NCBI GenBank assembly: GCA_964540635.1
Contig: CAZINP010000001.1
Coordinates: 93,364 to 157,363 of the forward strand
Direction of reading: 5' to 3'
Length of the DNA stretch: 64,000 bases
Origin: an uncultured Gammaproteobacteria bacterium
Lineage (GTDB): Bacteria > Patescibacteriota > Patescibacteriia > Buchananbacterales > UBA6539
In this document: one piece after another, positions 36,900 to 46,843 of the stretch
Layout of the letters: every line of letters starts with the position of its first letter
Position numbering within the stretch: position 1 is the stretch's first letter
The notes under the pieces: model-generated
What the model was told of the DNA's origin: nothing
Databases searched by the model: none
What the model saw: only the letters and a program-made list of their open reading frames with translations
Translations under genes and position numbers: made by a program

Positions 36900-38456
36900 A
36901 TGAAATTATTCAATAAGATCTGGCGGCAATTTGAAAACCAAATTTTTTGGCAGTATTTTTTGCTTTTTGTTTTGTCACTTTTTCTTTTTGGATATCTTCA
37001 GGCCGGTCCGACCTTGGCAGATCCCGATTCTTTTTATCACGCAAAAATTTCACAGCTGATTTATGAGCAGGGCATTGTTAAAGATTTTCCTTGGCTTACG
37101 GCCACCAATCTTTCGCAGGATTTTATTGATCATCACTTGCTTTATCATTTGATTTTAGTCCCGTTTGTGGCAGTTTTTAATCCTTTGGTTGGGATTAAAA
37201 TTGCCTCGGTACTTTTTGCCACGGCCTTTGTCTTGGTTTTTTTCTGGTTTTTAAGAAGCTTTAAGGTTCGTGGCGCTTTATGGTTCAGCCTGTTTTTACT
37301 TACGATTAACCCTTTTATTTTCCGGCTCAATTTAGCTAAAGCCCCGGCCCTGGTTTTAATTTTATTTTTTTTGATTATCAATTTTCTCTTTCAGCGGCGA
37401 TATTTGGCCTTGTCGCTTTGTTCTTTTATTTTTGTTTGGCTTTATGGCGGTTGGCCCAGCGCTTTGGGGTTGAGTTTTATTTATTTATTTTTAAATTTGA
37501 TTTTACCGGCTTCCTGGCGAGGCAATGTGGCGGTCAGGCTGGGAAAAATGAAAGTTACCTGGCAGGCACTGGTTGGCTTTTTGGCTTCGGTTTTTGGAGT
37601 GAGTATTGGCATAATTTTATCGCCATACTTTCCGCAAAACTTAAAATTTTATTGGCAGCAAGTTGTTGAAATCGCCTTGATAAATTATCAGGGGGTAATT
37701 AACGTTGGAGCAGAGTGGTATCCGTATTTACCTCAAGATTTAATTTTAACCTCTTTGCCCTTTGCGATTTTTGTTGGCTTGGCTTTGATTATTTTTATTT
37801 TAAATATTAGGCACCAGCCCATAGTTAATTGGTACATTTTAATTTTAACCTTGATTTTTGCCGCTTTAACCTTTAAATCTAGGCGTTATGTTGAATACTT
37901 TATTCCTTTATCATGGTCTTTTGTGGCTTTAACGATAAATAATTCTTTGGATGAAATTAGAAATTATTTTTCAAAAATTTTACCTTTGCCGTATCAACGG
38001 CTTTTTCCTCTTATTTTATTTTTGGCCTTTTTGCCGATATTTTATCATGATTTAAGTCTTGTTAGAAATGATTTTTTGAATGGCGTTTCTTTTTCGCGTT
38101 TTGCCCAGTCCTCGGTTTGGTTAGAAAAAAATTCAAACCAAGGCGACATTGTTTTTCATTCTGATTGGGATGAATTTCCAATTCTTTTTTATCACAATCA
38201 CCTTAATTATTATTTGGCGGGCTTGGATCCAACTTTTACTTATAAATATGATCAGAACGTTTATCGCCTTTGGACCCAGATTACGGCCGGGTACAATGTA
38301 GGCAATTTGTCCAGAATAATAAGTCAGGTTTTTGGCGCTCGTTATGTTTTTATTGATGTTAATCAAAATTCTGATATGGTTAATCTTTTCTCCAATCAAA
38401 TGGATTTTAAAGAGGTCTATCGTGATCAGGAGGCAGTAATTTACGAAATTAAATGA
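36900..38456 (+). CDS. Multi-TM GT-C-like glycosyltransferase (putative)
   Basis: DPDSFYHAK after first TM, many TMs, EW.P and RRY motifs, soluble C-terminal WD-containing domain. Confidence 0.6.
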   Translation: MKLFNKIWRQFENQIFWQYFLLFVLSLFLFGYLQAGPTLADPDSFYHAKISQLIYEQGIVKDFPWLTATNLSQDFIDHHLLYHLILVPFVAVFNPLVGIKIASVLFATAFVLVFFWFLRSFKVRGALWFSLFLLTINPFIFRLNLAKAPALVLILFFLIINFLFQRRYLALSLCSFIFVWLYGGWPSALGLSFIYLFLNLILPASWRGNVAVRLGKMKVTWQALVGFLASVFGVSIGIILSPYFPQNLKFYWQQVVEIALINYQGVINVGAEWYPYLPQDLILTSLPFAIFVGLALIIFILNIRHQPIVNWYILILTLIFAALTFKSRRYVEYFIPLSWSFVALTINNSLDEIRNYFSKILPLPYQRLFPLILFLAFLPIFYHDLSLVRNDFLNGVSFSRFAQSSVWLEKNSNQGDIVFHSDWDEFPILFYHNHLNYYLAGLDPTFTYKYDQNVYRLWTQITAGYNVGNLSRIISQVFGARYVFIDVNQNSDMVNLFSNQMDFKEVYRDQEAVIYEIK

Positions 38457-39700
38457 TAAAAATTTTTTTTAAATATCTTGATGTCACCAAGCTGGAAAAG
38501 GTGATACTTGTTGATATCATTTTTTTCTTTTTTGCGGCTGTTTTGTTTTTTAACTTTTTCTTACCAAATACTGAGTTTAAAAATTTCATTGAAAACGGAG
38601 CGGAGTTTAGTCAATTGTCCGAGTCATTTCTTTCTGGCCGCCTTGACTTACAAAAACCCGGTGATTTGGATTGTTCTTATGGTAACGAAAAATGCTATTG
38701 GGCTTTGGGCCCGGCGCCCGCCGTGTTTTTATTGCCGTTTGTTTTTTTAGCTAAGCTTTTTGGGCAATTTTTTTTCCAAGGTTATTTGAATTTTTTCCTG
38801 GTTGTTTTTATATTTTTAATTTGTTGGCTTCTAGCTAAAAGATTTGGTTTTGATAAACATGATTCTTTGTGGCTTGCTTTTGCCTTTTGTTTTGCTTCGG
38901 TTTTTTTAAGCGCTGCTTTTTATTCAAGTTCTTGGCATTTTTCCCATGTTGTTAATACGTTTTTTTTATTATTAAGTTTCTTGGAATTTTTTGGCAAAAA
39001 ACGTTATTGGCTTATTGGAGTTTTCTTGGGTGCTGTTTTTGCTACACGTTTAAACTCCGGACTTGCCATTATCTTTTTTATCTTGGAAATTTTGTTTGAT
39101 CGTGAGGCGGTGTGGAAAGAAAAAATTAAATCACTAAGCTTGATTTTTTTACCAATTTTTGTTTGTTTTTTGGCTTTGGGCGCTTATAATTATGCTCGTT
39201 TTGATAATTTTTTTGATACGGGTTATGCCAGGGCTCAGAATGGCCAACCATTTCAACAATATTTGAAAGAAAAATTTGGTCTTTTTAGCTGGCACTATTT
39301 ATTAACAAACGCTTATTACTCACTTCTTAAATTGCCCGAGCCAATTCTTGATTTTGGATATATGCTAAAGGCGCCGTATTTTAGAGTTAGTCCTCTGGGC
39401 CTTAGTTTCTTTTTTGTCTCACCAATATTCTTTTGGATATTTTTTGCCGGATTTAAAACAAAAACCTTGAAATTTCTTTATTTAACTTCGTTTCTGATTT
39501 TGCTCTCGGTTCTTTTGTATTTTAATAGCGGATACCTTCAGTTTGGTCCTCGATATTTTATGGATTTTCTACCCTTGCTGTTCATTGTTTTGCTTTATAG
39601 TTTTAAAAATTCAAGGCTTACGGCCAAATCAAAAATTTTAATTACCACAAGCGCTTTTCTTAATTTGTATTTATTCTTAGGTTTTTTTATCCTGTTTTAG
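38453..39700 (+). CDS. Multi-TM GT-C-like membrane protein (putative)
   Basis: Many TMs, YNYARF...DTGY, QFGPRYFMD. Confidence 0.55.
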   Translation: MIKIFFKYLDVTKLEKVILVDIIFFFFAAVLFFNFFLPNTEFKNFIENGAEFSQLSESFLSGRLDLQKPGDLDCSYGNEKCYWALGPAPAVFLLPFVFLAKLFGQFFFQGYLNFFLVVFIFLICWLLAKRFGFDKHDSLWLAFAFCFASVFLSAAFYSSSWHFSHVVNTFFLLLSFLEFFGKKRYWLIGVFLGAVFATRLNSGLAIIFFILEILFDREAVWKEKIKSLSLIFLPIFVCFLALGAYNYARFDNFFDTGYARAQNGQPFQQYLKEKFGLFSWHYLLTNAYYSLLKLPEPILDFGYMLKAPYFRVSPLGLSFFFVSPIFFWIFFAGFKTKTLKFLYLTSFLILLSVLLYFNSGYLQFGPRYFMDFLPLLFIVLLYSFKNSRLTAKSKILITTSAFLNLYLFLGFFILF

Positions 39701-39703
39701 TAT

Positions 39704-40426
39704 ATGAAAATTGTTATTGCCGTACCGGCATATAATGAAGGAAAAATTATTGAAGCCAATATTTTAAAGCTGGCGGAGTTTGCCGGCCAAAAAATAAAAG
39801 ACGAATGGGTGGTGGTGGTTGCCGACAATGCTTCACTTGATAATACTGCCGAGATTGTTAAACGCATGGCGCTCAAATTTTTGCCAATTAAATATCTTTT
39901 TGTGCCCGAGAAGGGCAAGGGCCATGCGATTAAGGCGGCCTGGGAGTCAGAGCTTGCCGATATTTATATTTTTATGGATGCTGATTTATCGACGGACATT
40001 TCGGCCCTACCTGAGTTGATAGAAAAAATAAAAGCCGGTAACGACTTGGCCGTCGGTTCGCGTTATTTGGCTGACTCTAAGGTAACTCGATCAATTTGGC
40101 GAATTATTTTTTCAAGATTTTATTTTTTTATTTTAAAAATGTTAATTGGCCTTAAGTCAAGCGATGCTCCTTGCGGTTTTAAGGCCATAAATAGTAAAAC
40201 TAAAGATATAATTTTGCCCCAAGTTGAAAATTTAGAATGGTTCTTTGATTCGGAACTATTGATATTATCCGAGAAAAATCATTTTTTGATTTCCGAGGTT
40301 CCCGTGGTTTGGCGAGATATTCGTGAAAGCAATGATAAAAGTCGGGTCAACCCCTTTGTGGTTGGATGGGATTATTTGAAAGAAGTAATTAGGCTTAAAA
40401 AAAGTATAAAGTCCAAAATAAGTTAA
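39704..40426 (+). CDS. GT2 glycosyltransferase (polyprenol-phosphate sugar synthase-like)
   Basis: VPAYNE, ADNAS.D, GKG.A, FMDADLS, D..CGFK, WFFDSE. Confidence 0.88.
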   Translation: MKIVIAVPAYNEGKIIEANILKLAEFAGQKIKDEWVVVVADNASLDNTAEIVKRMALKFLPIKYLFVPEKGKGHAIKAAWESELADIYIFMDADLSTDISALPELIEKIKAGNDLAVGSRYLADSKVTRSIWRIIFSRFYFFILKMLIGLKSSDAPCGFKAINSKTKDIILPQVENLEWFFDSELLILSEKNHFLISEVPVVWRDIRESNDKSRVNPFVVGWDYLKEVIRLKKSIKSKIS

Positions 40427-40449
40427 TAATCTAATTTACATTAAAAAAT

Positions 40450-41157
40450 ATGGAAAAAATTTTTATAATTATCCCGACATATAACGAGAAGGAAAATTTA
40501 AAAAAATTATTGCCCCAAATTTTTGATTTAAATATTGAAGGCTTAAGCGTCTTGGTGGTAGATGATAATTCGCCCGATGGTACAGGTGAATTGGTTGAAG
40601 AATTAAAAAAAGATAATTTAAGCTTGGATGTTTTGCACCGTGAGCAAAAAATGGGTTTGGGTCGGGCCTATGTGGCCGGCTTTAAGGAGGCTTTGGCTCG
40701 AGGGGCGGATTATATTTTTGAAATGGACGCTGATCTTTCTCATGATCCAAAATATTTGCCCGATTTTTTAGAGGAGATAAAAATGGCCGATTTAGTTTTG
40801 GGTTCGCGCTACATCAAAGGCGGCGGGGTTTCAAATTGGAATTTACCGAGGCGTTTAATTAGCCGTTTTGGGAATATCTATGCTCGTAACATTCTCTGGA
40901 TGAAACCTCATGATTTAACGGGTGGCTACAAGTGCTATCGACGGCAAGTTTTAGAAAAAATCGGTTTGGATGAATTAAGTTCGGTCGGATATAATTTCCA
41001 AATAGAAACAACCTATAAGGTATACAAGCTTGGATTTAAAATCGTTGAAACCCCAATTATTTTTACCGAACGAGCCGAGGGGAAATCAAAATTCAGTCCG
41101 AAGATTATGTTGGAAAGTTTTTGGCGCGTCTTAATTTTAAGATTTAAAAAAATATAG
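40450..41157 (+). CDS. Polyprenol monophosphomannose synthase (GT2)
   Basis: IIPTYNEKEN, VDDNSPDGT, EMDADLSH, DLTGGYK, GYNFQIE, F.ER..G.SK. Confidence 0.9.
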   Translation: MEKIFIIIPTYNEKENLKKLLPQIFDLNIEGLSVLVVDDNSPDGTGELVEELKKDNLSLDVLHREQKMGLGRAYVAGFKEALARGADYIFEMDADLSHDPKYLPDFLEEIKMADLVLGSRYIKGGGVSNWNLPRRLISRFGNIYARNILWMKPHDLTGGYKCYRRQVLEKIGLDELSSVGYNFQIETTYKVYKLGFKIVETPIIFTERAEGKSKFSPKIMLESFWRVLILRFKKI

Positions 41158-41167
41158 AATTTGAGCT

Positions 41168-41851
41168 ATGAAGGTTTCCGTGGTAATCCCGGTCTATAAC
41201 GAACAAGAATATATTTTGAAAACAATTGAAGCCGTTAGGGCTCTGGATTTTGGTGGTTGGGAAAAAGAGATTATTGTGGTTGATGACGGTTCCAGTGATC
41301 GTACGCCGGATATATTAAAATCAGAGTCAGGGATAAAGATTATTTTGAGTGACAAAAATCATGGCAAGGGTCATGCGCTTGCCCTTGGCTTTAATCAAGC
41401 AACCGGCGATATTATTGCCATTCAAGATGCGGATCTGGAATATTGTCCTTCAAACTTAATCGGTTTAATCAACCAAATTGTTAACAATAAAGCTCAGGTG
41501 GTTTTTGGAAGCCGGATGAAGGGCAATAATCCAATAGGTCATTGGCGATATTATTTGGGCAATCTTTTTGTTTCTTTTTTGCTTAATTTATTTTTTAATG
41601 CCCGTCTGTCGGATGTTGAAACCGGGCATAAAGTTTTTCTCAGGTCAGTAATAAGTGATATTGATTTTAAGGAGAAGGGATTCGGTTTTGAAATAGAGTT
41701 TACGGCAAGGGTTTTAAGAAAAAAAATTTTAATAACCGAGATGCCAATTATCTATTCTCCTCGCAAATTTTGCCAAGGCAAAAAGATTAAATGGCTTGAC
41801 GGCCTGGAGGCAATTTGGTTGATAATAAAGTATCGTTTTATCAGGTTATGA
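41168..41851 (+). CDS. GT2 glycosyltransferase (DPM1-like)
   Basis: IPVYNE, VDDGSSD, QDADLEY, DVETG.K, GKKIKW.DG. Confidence 0.88.
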   Translation: MKVSVVIPVYNEQEYILKTIEAVRALDFGGWEKEIIVVDDGSSDRTPDILKSESGIKIILSDKNHGKGHALALGFNQATGDIIAIQDADLEYCPSNLIGLINQIVNNKAQVVFGSRMKGNNPIGHWRYYLGNLFVSFLLNLFFNARLSDVETGHKVFLRSVISDIDFKEKGFGFEIEFTARVLRKKILITEMPIIYSPRKFCQGKKIKWLDGLEAIWLIIKYRFIRL

Positions 41852-43512
41852 CATTTTTTAGATTAATCCGGTCAATTCAGAAAAAGGAATGGCGCTTTGT
41901 CATTCTTTTGTCGTCGGTGCTTATTTTTATAACATCATTACCTTTAATTTTTGGCTGGCTAATCAGACCAATTAATACGCAATTTACCGGGGTTCATATG
42001 GCCATGCTTAACGATTGGTTTGTTTACTTTTCATACATTGAGCAAGTTAAGCAGGGTCATTTTTTATTACTTGATCTTTTTACCTCAGAGTCTCATCGGG
42101 CGGTATTTAACCCTTTTTGGTTAACGGTTGGTCTGCTGGCAAAATGTTTTAAATTATCAAATATTTTAGCTTTTAATTTTGTTAGAGTTTTGTTGATACC
42201 AATATTTGTTGGCCTAAGTTACTTGTTTGTTTCGATAATTTTTAATGATTTAAAAAAGAGAAGGGTTGCCTTATTAATTCTTTCGTTTTCTTCCGGTGCC
42301 GGCTTTTTATTGATTGATCGGCTGGTTCGTTTTCAAGGAAATTTTGTTGATGGTCGGTTTAATTGGCCAATGGATTTGTGGGTGCCGGAGTCAAACATTT
42401 TTGCAACTCTATACTACTCACCCCACTTAATTGCTTCTTTAATTTTAATTCTTTTTATTTTATTGTTTACAGTTTTGTTTGTTGACAATAAAAAAATAAT
42501 TTATTCGATACCAACCGGATTGGCATCTTTATTCCTAATTTTATTTCATCCGTTTCATGCCCTAACAATATTCAGCGTTATTTTGGTTTATCTAGGTTTA
42601 ATTATTCTGGTTAAGCGGCAAATAATTTGGTCATATATTTTTTATTATTTTATTATTGCCTTAATTTCTTTTCCGGCAATAATTTATTATTCCACCCTTA
42701 TCAGACATGATTATGTTACTCGACTGAAATATGTTCAAAATGTTTGTTTAACGCCGCCTTTTTGGATAACGGTTTTTGGTTTTGGGATTTTATTTTTTTT
42801 GGCGCTCGGTGGAATTTGGCTGTTGTTAAGAAAAAAGATGTCAAATTTAAAAGTTGATTCACCCTTGGTTTTTTTGGGTGTCTGGTTTTTGGTTCAGTTT
42901 TGTCTTTTGTTTTCACCCATTTTATTCCAGCGTCGACTGGTTGAAGGTTTGCATTTTCCAATGGTTGTTTTAAGTTTAATTGCTTGGTATTATTTTTATG
43001 AGCATTATTTGAAAGAAAAGAGCAAATTAAAACAATTAATTGACAATCAAAAAGAAGTAATTTTTATTTTTATCTTGATTTTTTTAAGTTTATCAAATTT
43101 CTTTCTTGTCTCCGGTGATATATATATGTATCAAAGTCGCAAAGAGTTTACATATATTGATAAAAGTTTAATTGAGGCGATGGATTTTTTAAAAAATAAA
43201 AAAAATAGTTTTGTTATTTTTAATACTTCACAGAATATTGTCAATATTGTCCCGGCCTTTACCGGTAAAAGTGTTTACGTCGGTCATGGCGTGGAAACAG
43301 TTAACTTCTTTTCAAAGCAAAATGAGGTTGATTGGTTTTTTGACACAAATCGTCAAGAAAAGATAGAAAAAGATTTTTTAGCAAACCGTTCAATTGATTA
43401 CATTTTTTATACCGATAAAGAGCAGCAACTTGGAGAATATGATCCTCAAGCTAAGGATTATCTCCAACTTGTATTTGAGAACGATAAAGTTAAAATATAT
43501 CAAGTTAAATAG
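41848..43512 (+). CDS. Multi-TM GT-C-like protein, paralogue 1 of 3
   Basis: DWFVYFSYIEQ, FTSE, DLWVPE, SPH, FHPF, GHGVET; ATG 41848 overlaps upstream stop. Confidence 0.6.
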   Translation: MTFFRLIRSIQKKEWRFVILLSSVLIFITSLPLIFGWLIRPINTQFTGVHMAMLNDWFVYFSYIEQVKQGHFLLLDLFTSESHRAVFNPFWLTVGLLAKCFKLSNILAFNFVRVLLIPIFVGLSYLFVSIIFNDLKKRRVALLILSFSSGAGFLLIDRLVRFQGNFVDGRFNWPMDLWVPESNIFATLYYSPHLIASLILILFILLFTVLFVDNKKIIYSIPTGLASLFLILFHPFHALTIFSVILVYLGLIILVKRQIIWSYIFYYFIIALISFPAIIYYSTLIRHDYVTRLKYVQNVCLTPPFWITVFGFGILFFLALGGIWLLLRKKMSNLKVDSPLVFLGVWFLVQFCLLFSPILFQRRLVEGLHFPMVVLSLIAWYYFYEHYLKEKSKLKQLIDNQKEVIFIFILIFLSLSNFFLVSGDIYMYQSRKEFTYIDKSLIEAMDFLKNKKNSFVIFNTSQNIVNIVPAFTGKSVYVGHGVETVNFFSKQNEVDWFFDTNRQEKIEKDFLANRSIDYIFYTDKEQQLGEYDPQAKDYLQLVFENDKVKIYQVK

Positions 43513-43514
43513 TT

Positions 43515-45176
43515 ATGAAAAAAATATTCAAACTTTTTGAGAAAAAAGAAGTAATTTTTTTAATGTTCATGACATTTATTATTGCGGTTTTGATTATGAC
43601 CCCCCTTATTATTGGATATTTGTTTGCACCGGCGGGATATACTTATAGCGGTATTGGCAGTTTAACTCCGGGTGACAATCCTGTTTACTATTCTTACATT
43701 AATCAAATAAAGAACGGACAATGGTTAATTAAAGATTTTTTTACCGGAGAGAGGCAAGATTACGGAATGTTTAATATTTTCTGGTTTTTGGCCGGAAAGT
43801 TTGCTTGGCTTTTTGATTTATCGCCAATTTTTACTTTTCATTTTTTAAAACTCTGCTTGTTACCTTTTTTTATTTTGACAGCCTATTGGTTTATTTCGTT
43901 TTTCTTTGAAGAAATTAAACAAAGACGCATCGCCACTTATTTTTTTCTTTTGGCCGGAGGTCTTGGCGCCTATATAATTTTGCCTCTGACCTACGCGACC
44001 GATTTAATGACAAAAAAAGGATACTGGACGCCAAATGATATTTGGATTCCCGAGTCCTTAGCTTTTTTGTCGCTTTATAAAACGCCACATTTTATTGCTT
44101 CGTGGATCATGATGATGCTGATTTTATTAATTCTGTTTTTGGCAATAAGTAGAAATAAACCCATTTTTTTTGTGGTTGGCGGTTTTTTGTCTTTGGTATA
44201 TTTTAACTTTCATCCGTTTTATGTCCCCATGATTTTTTTAACCAGCGGCGTTTATCTTTTGTATGAAATTTTCAAAGAGAAAAGAATATTGTGGAAAAAA
44301 TGTTTTTGGTTTTGCGTTTTTGTTTTGATTTCCAGTCCTTCAATTTTTTATCATGCTTGGCTTCTAAAAAAAGAACCGGCTTTAAGTTCGCGGGCTTGGC
44401 AGAATATTACTTTGGCGCCGCCCTTTATTTTTATTATTGTTGGGTACGGCTTTCTTTTTGTTTTTGGCCTTCTTGGAATTTATGGTTTATTTAAAACTAA
44501 AAAAATTAAAGATAACCATATATTCTTGTTAATTTGGCTTCTGGTTTCCATTGCTTTGGTGTTGGCTCCTTGGCAATTTCAAAGCCGTAATACGCAGGGG
44601 ATTCATTTGCCCTTGGCAATTTTTTCAGCTTATGGTTATTTATTTTTTAGAGATGGTCTATTTTTTAAAAATATTTTTGCGAAAGTAAAGTTTATTTTGA
44701 ATGACAAGTTTTTGATTTTTTTGTTTTTTATTTTAATCTTTTTTCCTTCAATTGCTTTTAATTTGGTTAGAGATATTTATTATTATGTTGCCAAACCCAA
44801 AGATGTTGTTGATTTATTCTTTGTAAACAACGAAAGACTGTTTGGTATTCATTTTTTAGATGAAGCCGATTCTGGCCAAGTAATTATCTCACACCCGTTA
44901 AATGGTTTATATGTTGGGGCACTAACCCAAAATAGATCATATTTTGCCCACCCGATTGAGACAACCGATTTTAAAAGTAAGTCGTTGTGGGTTTTGTGGT
45001 TTTATAAAGATAATAATCACGGACAAGAAAAGGAGAAGTTTTTGAGTGAAAATAATATTAATTACGTTTTTTACTCTTCTTTGGAGAAGGAGCTGGGTTC
45101 TTTTGAGCCTGGGACCCAAGACTATTTAAGTGAAGTTTATTCAAATGATGAAGTAAAGATATATAAAGTCAAATAG
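43515..45176 (+). CDS. Multi-TM GT-C-like protein, paralogue 2 of 3
   Basis: DNPVYYSYINQ, FTGE, DIWIPE, TPH, FHPF, AHPIET. Confidence 0.6.
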   Translation: MKKIFKLFEKKEVIFLMFMTFIIAVLIMTPLIIGYLFAPAGYTYSGIGSLTPGDNPVYYSYINQIKNGQWLIKDFFTGERQDYGMFNIFWFLAGKFAWLFDLSPIFTFHFLKLCLLPFFILTAYWFISFFFEEIKQRRIATYFFLLAGGLGAYIILPLTYATDLMTKKGYWTPNDIWIPESLAFLSLYKTPHFIASWIMMMLILLILFLAISRNKPIFFVVGGFLSLVYFNFHPFYVPMIFLTSGVYLLYEIFKEKRILWKKCFWFCVFVLISSPSIFYHAWLLKKEPALSSRAWQNITLAPPFIFIIVGYGFLFVFGLLGIYGLFKTKKIKDNHIFLLIWLLVSIALVLAPWQFQSRNTQGIHLPLAIFSAYGYLFFRDGLFFKNIFAKVKFILNDKFLIFLFFILIFFPSIAFNLVRDIYYYVAKPKDVVDLFFVNNERLFGIHFLDEADSGQVIISHPLNGLYVGALTQNRSYFAHPIETTDFKSKSLWVLWFYKDNNHGQEKEKFLSENNINYVFYSSLEKELGSFEPGTQDYLSEVYSNDEVKIYKVK

Positions 45177-45184
45177 AAATTTTT

Positions 45185-46843
45185 ATGATAAATTTGATAA
45201 AATCCATAACGAAATCTGAGTGGAAGCTGATTTTTCTTGTAACGGTTATTGTGATTATTTTAACCCAACTCCCTGTTGTTTTTGGTTATCTTAATTCAAC
45301 ATCAGAAAAGGCGTATATTGGCATTCACTCTCAGACCTCGGTTGATATTTTGGTTTATTTTTCTTACATCAAGCAAATAATGGGCAATAAATTTTTACTT
45401 CTTGATAATTTTACGGGAGAGATGCAAGACTATGGCACATTTAACATCGTTTGGTTTTTGGTCGGGCTTCTTGGCCGGGCTTTGGGCTTAACGCCTGGTA
45501 TTGCCTTTCATCTTGCTCGGGCCATATTGGCGCCATTTTTATTGATAACGGTATATATTTTTTTAAGCTATGTTTTTGAGGATAAATTCAGGAGACGTCT
45601 TGGTTTTATTTTTATTTCTTTTGCCTCCGGTCTTGGTTTTTACTTATTTCCACTTTTTTTGTCTGGGTTTTATGATCCAAATAATTTTTTCCGGCAAGCT
45701 TGGTGGCCACACGATTTATCTCAACCAGAGATTTCAATTTTTAATACGATTTATCAAAGCCCGCACTTTATATTATCTTGGATTTGCACCCTTTGGATTT
45801 TTTTATTTGCCCTGTTGGCATTTGAAAAAAGACGTCCGTCTTACGGTTTTTATGCCGGTCTGATTGCTCTGGCTTATTTTAATTTTCATCCCTATTTTAT
45901 TCCTTTGATATTTGGAGTAATAGGAGTTTATGGAGTCTATTATTTTTTAAAACATCGTTTATTTGATTTTAATTTATTATTTGGCTTTATTTTTGGGGCT
46001 GTTGTTGCCAGCCTTTCTATTGGTTATCATTTTTTTCTTTTAAAAAATAGCTATGTGATCTCGACTCGGGCAACTCAGAATGTGACATTGGTTTTTTATC
46101 TTTGGCCGGCAATTGTTGGCTTTGGCGCACAGCTACCATTTGCGTTTTTGGGTTTTGTTTGGGCCTATATTCGCAAGGAGCTAGATGATAAGTTTATATT
46201 TTTTACAATATGGCTTTTGGTTAGCATTATTCTTCTTTTCGCCCCGATTCAGTTTCAGTCAAGATATTTTCAGGGAATGCAATTTCCGTTGGTTATATTT
46301 ATTACTTATGGTTTGAATTTGCTTTGGCAATATTTAAAATCAAATTCAAATTTATCAAAAATAAAATTTTTAGTTAACCCGTATTTGATCACCTTGGTTT
46401 TTATTTTATTGTTTTGCATGAGTAATATTTTTAACCTTTTTAGGGATTATTACTATTGCACAAACAGACTTTCGCTATTTTATATTAACCGTGATGCTTT
46501 AAACGGGTTTAATTGGCTTGATCAGCAGCCCGATAAAAACAAATTGGTTGTTGCAAGAGAATATTATGGGCATCTTGTTCCGGGTTTTAGCGGAAATAAA
46601 GTTTATTTTGCACATGGTCACGAGACTTTATTTTACGACTCAAAAAAGATAGAAGTAAACAATTTCTTTTCTTCAAGCACCACCCAAGAAAAAAAATATT
46701 CCTGGCTTTTGGACAGAAATATTTCTTATATTTTTGATGATATGGAGGATGGTACGGTTGTTTCTCGCTTTGAGTCACTTCCTTATTTGAAAAAAGTTTT
46801 TGACGCGCCCAAGGCAAAGATTTACGAAGTGATTAAAGATTAA
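45185..46843 (+). CDS. Multi-TM GT-C-like protein, paralogue 3 of 3
   Basis: DILVYFSYIKQ, FTGE, DLSQPE, SPH, FHPY, AHGHET. Confidence 0.6.
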   Translation: MINLIKSITKSEWKLIFLVTVIVIILTQLPVVFGYLNSTSEKAYIGIHSQTSVDILVYFSYIKQIMGNKFLLLDNFTGEMQDYGTFNIVWFLVGLLGRALGLTPGIAFHLARAILAPFLLITVYIFLSYVFEDKFRRRLGFIFISFASGLGFYLFPLFLSGFYDPNNFFRQAWWPHDLSQPEISIFNTIYQSPHFILSWICTLWIFLFALLAFEKRRPSYGFYAGLIALAYFNFHPYFIPLIFGVIGVYGVYYFLKHRLFDFNLLFGFIFGAVVASLSIGYHFFLLKNSYVISTRATQNVTLVFYLWPAIVGFGAQLPFAFLGFVWAYIRKELDDKFIFFTIWLLVSIILLFAPIQFQSRYFQGMQFPLVIFITYGLNLLWQYLKSNSNLSKIKFLVNPYLITLVFILLFCMSNIFNLFRDYYYCTNRLSLFYINRDALNGFNWLDQQPDKNKLVVAREYYGHLVPGFSGNKVYFAHGHETLFYDSKKIEVNNFFSSSTTQEKKYSWLLDRNISYIFDDMEDGTVVSRFESLPYLKKVFDAPKAKIYEVIKD

